DNA from: Candidatus Latescibacterota bacterium
GTDB taxonomy: Bacteria; Latescibacterota; UBA2968; UBA8231
DNA length: 64,000 nucleotides
Direction of reading: 5' to 3'
Assembly (NCBI GenBank): GCA_965248355.1
Contig: OZ252098.1
Coordinates: 1,344,001 to 1,408,000 of the forward strand
Shown here: positions 57,907 to 64,000 of the stretch, piece by piece
Layout of the letters: every line of letters starts with the position of its first letter
How positions within the stretch are numbered: position 1 is the first letter of the stretch
Notes under the pieces: model-generated
Database searches by the model: none
What the model was told of the DNA's origin: nothing
Seen by the model: only the letters and a program-made list of their open reading frames with translations
Translations under genes and position numbers: made by a program

Positions 57907-58434
57907 TGTCTATTGCCCATAGCCCAAACTGACTGCGAAGATTGGACATTCCGCTACGTCGAGGATACCTGGCGTTCTTGAAGAAAAAGAGAAGAGAGGA
58001 TGGCCTCTTCCTTTGGGACGAAGAGTTGCACGGGGACGGAATGAACACGGGCTACCCACCAGCAACCCCACCCTGAGGACGCTCACCGCTTGCCGGCATT
58101 CGCACTGACCCGTCTGAGCCGGACTTCGGCGCCGTCGATGGCGGAACGATTCTCAAGCAAGCGGCCGGTCCATGCGAACCCGCCGTCGGGGAGAGCTCCT
58201 GCGGTGCGGACCATGAATCCGGGTGGGAGTGCTACAAGCGAGTCCAGAGGGCGACGAGCTCTCATGTGCCGGGTCCTGAGAGTGGAGCAACGATTCCGGA
58301 AGCCCAACGCCCGCGAAACTCTTGGCTGCAGATCTGCGCCGGTCGGAGATACCAAAGGCGGCCAACCGTTCCAGCAGGGGGCCTCAACCAAGGAACGAAG
58401 TCGAGGGTCGCCCGATCTCCTTCTTGGCCACACC

Positions 58435-59952
58435 TCAGAACGGCGTCCAATCTGGGTCCCTGTCTTCCCCAGGATGGTCGACAATATGCTCTTCGGCACC
58501 CCCCCCTATCGAGATCACGTAGATATCAGAAGCCCCTCCGTCTGCCGAGGAATAACCTGCGAAAGCTACCCGTGTGCCATCCGGTGCCCATGTGGGCGAC
58601 CTTCTCAAGGACCTATCGACAGTGAGTTGTCTGGCCCCTCCGCCATCGGCCGCCATTACCCACACATGGCTCTCGGCGGGCCTGAGCTGCTCGATAAAAG
58701 CGATTTGTGTGCCGTCAGGCGACCAGGAAGGATCCCAGACAGGCCAGTCGTTGGTGGAGAGGCGCCGGACATCACCGCTTGGTAGCTGAATGCGAAAGAT
58801 GGCCGAGAGGGTGTCCCGCAAGCTGACATAGGCGATGGACCGGCCGTCCGGTGACCACCTCGGATTGAAGGCACTCACCGGATCAATGGTTAGCTGCTCG
58901 GCGTCGGTGCCGTCGGCCTTCATCACAAAGATATCCGTGTTGTAGAAGCCACTTCCTTTCCGTTGCTCGCGCTCACCGTGACGATCCGATGCGAAGGCGA
59001 TTAGCCGACCGTCAGGCGACCAGCAGGGATGCCCGTCCCACGCCTCGTGCTGGGTGAGGTTTATCGGCTGGCTGCCATCGGCGCGCATCAGGTAGATCTC
59101 GGCGTTCCCATCCCTAAACGAAGTAAATGTCACTCTCAACCCGTCAGGCGACCGAGATGGATGAACTCCGTTCCCCGCCCCCGCTCCGTTTGGAGCAGGC
59201 TTCGTGCTATCCGGTTGCGAGCCATCCGATAGGGCGGTCATACTCAGAGCGGCGGACAGATCGGTGACCTCTCCTGTCTCCAGATCGAGAGAGTATAGTT
59301 CGAGATCGCCTCCAGGGATCGACCCGCTCCGCCGGCTTGAAGAGAACAGCAACTGCGTCTCCCTCAAAGGCGCGACATCGTCATTGGTGAAGCCTGACCA
59401 CTCCGGGGGTGCCTCGAAGTCCACGGTGACGCCCCGTTCACGCAACCCGGCCAGAAAGACCGCCGTTTCCCTGCTCAGCGGATTGCCAGCCAAACCCAGG
59501 CTCTGGAGGCTGTCCAGTCCCGCCACCGCCGACACATCCCGCACCCCATTGTCCGCTAGCAGCAGCACCTGCAACCGCTTGAGCGACGCCAGCGCCGAAA
59601 TGTCCTCGATCCGGTTGCTCTCCAGATCGAGAAAGCGAAGCTGCTGCAGTCCAGCCAGGGGAGAGATGTCGATGATCTCGTTGTGGGAGAGGTCCAGGGC
59701 CTCGAGCCGCGTAAGCTGTTCGATCCCGCCCAACTCGGCGATGCCCCGGTCCTCGGCACTCAGGGCGGTCATCTCCGCGCCCGCTTCAGACTCATGGACC
59801 GCCGCCTGCAGCGCCGAGTCCCGGAAGGCTAAGGCAACTCGGCCGGTTCCACCCGGGTCGGGTCCGCCTGGTCCACGACGGCTTGACTCGCAGCACGTAA
59901 GGGCGATCAATACAAGAAACCCCGTTGCCTTGATGCCCCATGTCGGCGCCAT
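58435..59952 (-). CDS. Lipoprotein with leucine-rich repeats and TolB/PD40 beta-propeller
   Basis: LIALTC lipobox-like signal; L..LDL..N.I.DIS.L repeats; WSPDG repeats. Confidence 0.85.
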   Translation of the reverse strand: MAPTWGIKATGFLVLIALTCCESSRRGPGGPDPGGTGRVALAFRDSALQAAVHESEAGAEMTALSAEDRGIAELGGIEQLTRLEALDLSHNEIIDISPLAGLQQLRFLDLESNRIEDISALASLKRLQVLLLADNGVRDVSAVAGLDSLQSLGLAGNPLSRETAVFLAGLRERGVTVDFEAPPEWSGFTNDDVAPLRETQLLFSSSRRSGSIPGGDLELYSLDLETGEVTDLSAALSMTALSDGSQPDSTKPAPNGAGAGNGVHPSRSPDGLRVTFTSFRDGNAEIYLMRADGSQPINLTQHEAWDGHPCWSPDGRLIAFASDRHGEREQRKGSGFYNTDIFVMKADGTDAEQLTIDPVSAFNPRWSPDGRSIAYVSLRDTLSAIFRIQLPSGDVRRLSTNDWPVWDPSWSPDGTQIAFIEQLRPAESHVWVMAADGGGARQLTVDRSLRRSPTWAPDGTRVAFAGYSSADGGASDIYVISIGGGAEEHIVDHPGEDRDPDWTPF

Positions 59953-60124
59953 GTTTGGGGCAATTCCAGACTTGCCCCTACAGGCGTCTTCTTCTCTCCC
60001 CCCGTGCGTCCCTTTCCGAAACCGTCTTGAACCCGTACAAATTGGATACAAGCCGATCATGCGGGGACCTCATGCCGATGGCTGGAACCCGCACTCGAGG
60101 GTACCCCTCCCACCTCGCTCTTCC

Positions 60125-61681
60125 TTAGAAGCTTCCACACTCCGGTTCCTCTATGTCCAATACGAAGCCTAGCTGAGTTGCTAGGCCTCGTCGCACTTCC
60201 CCAAGCCCTGCTCTAATCTCGGACGCTCTCACTCTCCGGGCAATTCGGCCATCTAGCCTAGCTATCAGGCTAATCGAATCTTCCGTCGCGCTCCCCTCCT
60301 CCCCCAACGAATGAAGAACCTCCCGCAGCAATGCAGTTCCCTCTAGGACCCGAAGCCGTGGATTTCTCTTTGCCCTAGCAAGCAATTCCTCTCTGCGCTG
60401 GACCGTCTCTTCTCTTCCTGCTCCAACGGGTACTAGGCTCCTGTATAGAGAATCAACCGAGACTCCCCTAGCCTCCGCTGCCGCTCCTACTGCGTATGCT
60501 TCCGCAAACTGACTAGTCGCCCTAACTATCTCCCGGTACACCATGTGATCGTGTTCACACACTTCCTCCATAGGTAGATCTGATGTTGAAACAGTCCCCT
60601 TCGCAGATACCGCAAGGGTATCAAGGCGCCGACTCGTGGCCAGCAGCCCTGGTCCATCGCCTTCCACCGCACGTGCCATGCTAGCCCTCAAGACCCCGAC
60701 CGTAATCTCACCGCGCACTCTCCTACCATTGACAAAAACGGTGGGCGTAGCACGAACGTCACATGCATGCCCAATTGCCATGTGGACACTTAGAGCATCG
60801 CTCAATTCTCCCTTGTCTCGCACCTCTTCATAGCCCTGCGAAGCTATCCCTGACTCCTCTATCACATCCCAAACGACGCCTTGATCAAGCATCCCTCGAT
60901 GGCCCATCAGACGGTCATGGAATTGCCAAAACACTCCCCGTTCCTCTGCAAAAATGGCCGCCTCATGCGCCGGAAAGGCGTTCTCATGAAAGGGTAGGGG
61001 AAAATGGATCAGTTCAAGCCTGACCATTCCCGGATCCTCACTAGCTAACACTTGCACCACGGAGTCAGCCCTAGCGCAGAACGGGCACTCGTAGTCGTAG
61101 AACACGGTCAATCTAATGGGCGCTCCGACGTCGCCAAACCCTGGGGCCACCTCCACCGGGCTTCCGAGGGCCTCACACCTAGGGCCCAGGGGTCGCCTTA
61201 TCAGATACCGCACACCAAAGCTCTCGCGAAGCTTGCGCAGAAGAGAAGCTCTCTCACTCCGCAAGTACTTTGCCGTCAGGGCCTCACGCACCAAGACTAG
61301 GAACCCCCGACTGGGATCATCCCAAACTCCCAGCCGGCTCAACAGCCGTCCCCGCTCCCTAGCGCTTGACGTATCAAACCTTCCTGAGGACCTCAGATCC
61401 TCAATAATCCCCCACAGCCGCTTTTCCACCTCGACATGAATTGCACTTCCCAGATTGTTGGCGGCCAGCTCATCGGAGAACAGAACGGAATCCACTAGCT
61501 CCACTTGGCGATCGAAGATCGAGTCCTTCGTGGAAATCACCCGAGCATCCTGCACCATCTCTTCATAAATTTCCAGGTCACCTACTCGGCCCACAAACCG
61601 AGACTCAGCGAAGCTCCGCACTCCCGACCCCGAGCCTGCCAAGAGCAAAACGACCAGCCACACCAACGGCAGCCGGCCCAC
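60125..61681 (-). CDS. Exported DsbA/thioredoxin-domain protein
   Basis: GGAGG RBS plus GTG and signal peptide; FYDYECPFC, HFPL.FH, ATPTVFVNG. Confidence 0.8.
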   Translation of the reverse strand: MGRLPLVWLVVLLLAGSGSGVRSFAESRFVGRVGDLEIYEEMVQDARVISTKDSIFDRQVELVDSVLFSDELAANNLGSAIHVEVEKRLWGIIEDLRSSGRFDTSSARERGRLLSRLGVWDDPSRGFLVLVREALTAKYLRSERASLLRKLRESFGVRYLIRRPLGPRCEALGSPVEVAPGFGDVGAPIRLTVFYDYECPFCARADSVVQVLASEDPGMVRLELIHFPLPFHENAFPAHEAAIFAEERGVFWQFHDRLMGHRGMLDQGVVWDVIEESGIASQGYEEVRDKGELSDALSVHMAIGHACDVRATPTVFVNGRRVRGEITVGVLRASMARAVEGDGPGLLATSRRLDTLAVSAKGTVSTSDLPMEEVCEHDHMVYREIVRATSQFAEAYAVGAAAEARGVSVDSLYRSLVPVGAGREETVQRREELLARAKRNPRLRVLEGTALLREVLHSLGEEGSATEDSISLIARLDGRIARRVRASEIRAGLGEVRRGLATQLGFVLDIEEPECGSF

Positions 61682-61785
61682 TCGACCTCCTGGAGTGAGA
61701 AACGCCCGGAAATACCTACCCGCCTCTCCGCAGCAATGCCGATGCCCATGGTTCACCTTCCCCCTGGCTTCTTCCATCTTGCTTT

Positions 61786-62571
61786 TCACTCCGTGAAACG
61801 AATACCCAAGAAGGTTGCTGGGGCGAACAGCAAGGGCCCGGTGTCGGCCCATGTACTCCAATCTGAGAATTCTGGCCAAAATGAGTGCGCCGCGAAATTT
61901 CCTCTCCAGATCTCACCTCTCGGTGCACCCGCCACGAAGAGGTCGCTAAACGGAATAGCCATCTCAACTACCCAGCTCTCCCTCATCCTCCCTACCCCAG
62001 TCAAGAGACCCTTCGCGTCCCACCGCACTCCATCCAAGAATGCCATCTCCACTAGAGTCTCGTCAGAAGGCGTTCCATCCCTTCGAATCTGCTCCACCGC
62101 CTGCTCTGACGGCCACCACCTATCGTATACCAGATTGTCTGCATTCACACAGATCTGGAAGAAAGGACCACTTCCACTAGCTTCTGGCTCCAGGAAGACT
62201 TCCACATCATCACTAGATAGCGCAATTTGCTCATCATCGCGCGCAATCCCTGCTCGTTTCACTTGCCCCTCAACACGATAGGGTGTCTGAAAAGACACAT
62301 AGAAATACGTAGAGTCAAACTGAACACACACATTCGTCCGAGCCATGGGCACGATGGCGCGGCCTGAGGTCGTCACCTTCAGATCAATACAACTTGCCCC
62401 TCCCCATTCCCCCGCACCTAGATCACCATCCACTCTTACCCCCTCAACGGCCACAGGCACTACCAAGTGCGGAGTGACTGTCCCGTCCATTGGCTTGCTC
62501 TCACCACTGACCATCCCGACTGAGCAGATGATCCCCCCGACAAGGGCCAATAGTACCGCATCCTTCCCCAT
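61786..62571 (-). CDS. Exported CBM9/DOMON-like protein
   Basis: Signal peptide; VDGDL..GEW, DDVEVFLEP, WVVEMAIPF. Confidence 0.7.
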   Translation of the reverse strand: MGKDAVLLALVGGIICSVGMVSGESKPMDGTVTPHLVVPVAVEGVRVDGDLGAGEWGGASCIDLKVTTSGRAIVPMARTNVCVQFDSTYFYVSFQTPYRVEGQVKRAGIARDDEQIALSSDDVEVFLEPEASGSGPFFQICVNADNLVYDRWWPSEQAVEQIRRDGTPSDETLVEMAFLDGVRWDAKGLLTGVGRMRESWVVEMAIPFSDLFVAGAPRGEIWRGNFAAHSFWPEFSDWSTWADTGPLLFAPATFLGIRFTE

Positions 62572-62725
62572 CGCCAGTTTCCTCCCCTCTCTCCTTACCG
62601 CCAGTTCCAACCCAGACGCCGAGGAGGCTCCCCCGGAAAGCAAGAAGAGGCGCGCGCGCTTTCCGACGGAGCCTCCCTTTTGGGCGTGCTCTGGCAAGTC
62701 TTGTCCTGGAACCTCCCAGATCCCC

Positions 62726-63082
62726 CTAAGGCACCAACACGCACTCCCAGTGGCAGAACATATCCACCATCGTATTTGGGCAATAGTAGGCATCTCCATT
62801 GCTACAGGAGTCCAGCACTGGTTTCCAACTGTATTGGGAATTGCAGTTGTCGTCACACTGCTGCTGCGCCGTGCCGTATATGTCCGCAGGCACGTCGCAG
62901 TTGTAGGTGCTGCAACTCAACGCCGCGCCGCACCGATACGTCAAGGGCGTCTCACCACAGGTCGGGTTGTTTCCAGCAACAGGTACGGCCACGCCGACAT
63001 ACGCGGCTGCCAACCCCAACCCAGCCATCATTCGGGAGACAACCCCCCGATTCTCCCTTGGGTCACCAGAAACGATTGCCAT
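62726..63082 (-). CDS. Small secreted cysteine-rich peptide (10 Cys)
   Basis: GGAGG RBS; 37-aa leader with hydrophobic core; 81-aa mature region with 10 Cys. Confidence 0.65.
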   Translation of the reverse strand: MAIVSGDPRENRGVVSRMMAGLGLAAAYVGVAVPVAGNNPTCGETPLTYRCGAALSCSTYNCDVPADIYGTAQQQCDDNCNSQYSWKPVLDSCSNGDAYYCPNTMVDMFCHWECVLVP

Positions 63083-63210
63083 GTGCGTACTTCCCTCCCT
63101 CTTCTAAAGGGTTATGTGGAAAATGCCTCTCCAAAAAAGCGCGCGCCTCATAACCAGAATTCCCTCACTCACAGTCCAAGTGGTTGGCCTAGCCTTCTCA
63201 AGGCCAATCC

Positions 63211-64000
63211 CTAATCGTTCACTCCGTTCACTCTTGGATGATTCCTAAACACCACGGCCGCATCTTCCAAGAGTGCAGCCGAAGGCTGCACGTAGATCTC
63301 GTGCAGATCCACTAGGGAAGGAATCCTCAATTCCTCTGGAGTCAACTCGTCTCCGAGAATGGCGGAGACCCACAGTGGAATCAGTAGGAACCGTTCATCT
63401 CGGTGAATCTTCGCCATGTATTCTATTGCGCGATGCCACCTCGCCATCTGACTTCCGGCTCCTCCACTGCGTCTGCCTTCCTGATCATGATACAAATGGT
63501 AGGTCCTAGCTTCTGATACATGGACGACGCCTACATCCGCCTGCATCAACCTGTACCCCAGCTCCCATCCCTCACTGAATTCAATCTGCTCATCAAATCC
63601 CCCTACCTCCAGAAACGCACTTCTTGGCACCGTCACATTATGAGGAAAAAAAGCCACCCAGGCAAGTCCGCTGTCTGGCCAAGCCAGGAGAAGTTCCTCA
63701 ATTTGCTTCTGTAGTACATCCTGCCCTGGAAAAGGATAGGCACCTTGCACGGACCTAGATCGTATCTTCTCGAAGTAACCTGTCACCATCTCAGGCGAGA
63801 CCCGGACATCCAAAGATCCATCCCTCAAGTGTCGCTTCACAACGCTGGAGATGACGACATCCGCCTTCAATTCCCCACTCGTAGGGTCATCGACAAACTC
63901 CAAGGTCGGTATACACCACAGACCTCCGGTCAACGCACAATGCCGGCGCATGTCGACAGTCCCCAAATAGACTTCCAACCATCCTGGGTCCGGAAGCGCG
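63211..64000 (-). CDS. Glycosyltransferase family 2, C-terminal part; runs off the window
   Basis: LPDPGWL, N....R..F.EVGGFDE, EGWELGYRL, HLYH; frame open to the window edge. Confidence 0.8.
   Translation of the reverse strand, partial: ALPDPGWLEVYLGTVDMRRHCALTGGLWCIPTLEFVDDPTSGELKADVVISSVVKRHLRDGSLDVRVSPEMVTGYFEKIRSRSVQGAYPFPGQDVLQKQIEELLLAWPDSGLAWVAFFPHNVTVPRSAFLEVGGFDEQIEFSEGWELGYRLMQADVGVVHVSEARTYHLYHDQEGRRSGGAGSQMARWHRAIEYMAKIHRDERFLLIPLWVSAILGDELTPEELRIPSLVDLHEIYVQPSAALLEDAAVVFRNHPRVNGVND

Noticed and set aside
1..64000. CRISPR array, tRNA or rRNA genes
   Set aside because: No regularly spaced repeats, cloverleaf or rRNA-like sequence seen by eye; a dedicated scan was not possible

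Overview
Very GC-rich bacterial DNA. FlgD/T9SS-like C-terminal domains, a C-terminal TWGxLK motif, three PhyH dioxygenases, a sulfatase and a heparinase suggest a Latescibacterota/Poribacteria-like lineage (inference only). Bases 1-51 kb are mostly catabolic and housekeeping genes (pyrD-like, folD, mnmA, cobB, nudC, nth, hydantoinases, aminotransferase). They are interrupted by a decayed type I restriction-modification locus (hsdR split by an IS3 element), two toxin-antitoxin pairs with visible operators, and a stand-alone divergent SecY paralogue. From 51.4 to 56.4 kb lies a nested mobile element. A decayed IS256 carries an ISL3 and an IS3. The IS3 transposase is split right after its first catalytic Asp motif (WVADI|TY) by an 822-nt group II intron whose reverse-transcriptase ORF is almost entirely deleted, while EBS1, domain V and domain VI are intact; splicing would restore the transposase. 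The last 7.3 kb is a lower-GC island encoding a GT2 glycosyltransferase, a secreted 10-cysteine peptide, a CBM9-like protein, a DsbA-like protein, an LRR/TolB lipoprotein and a TPR protein. All calls come from reading motifs by eye; no database searches were run.
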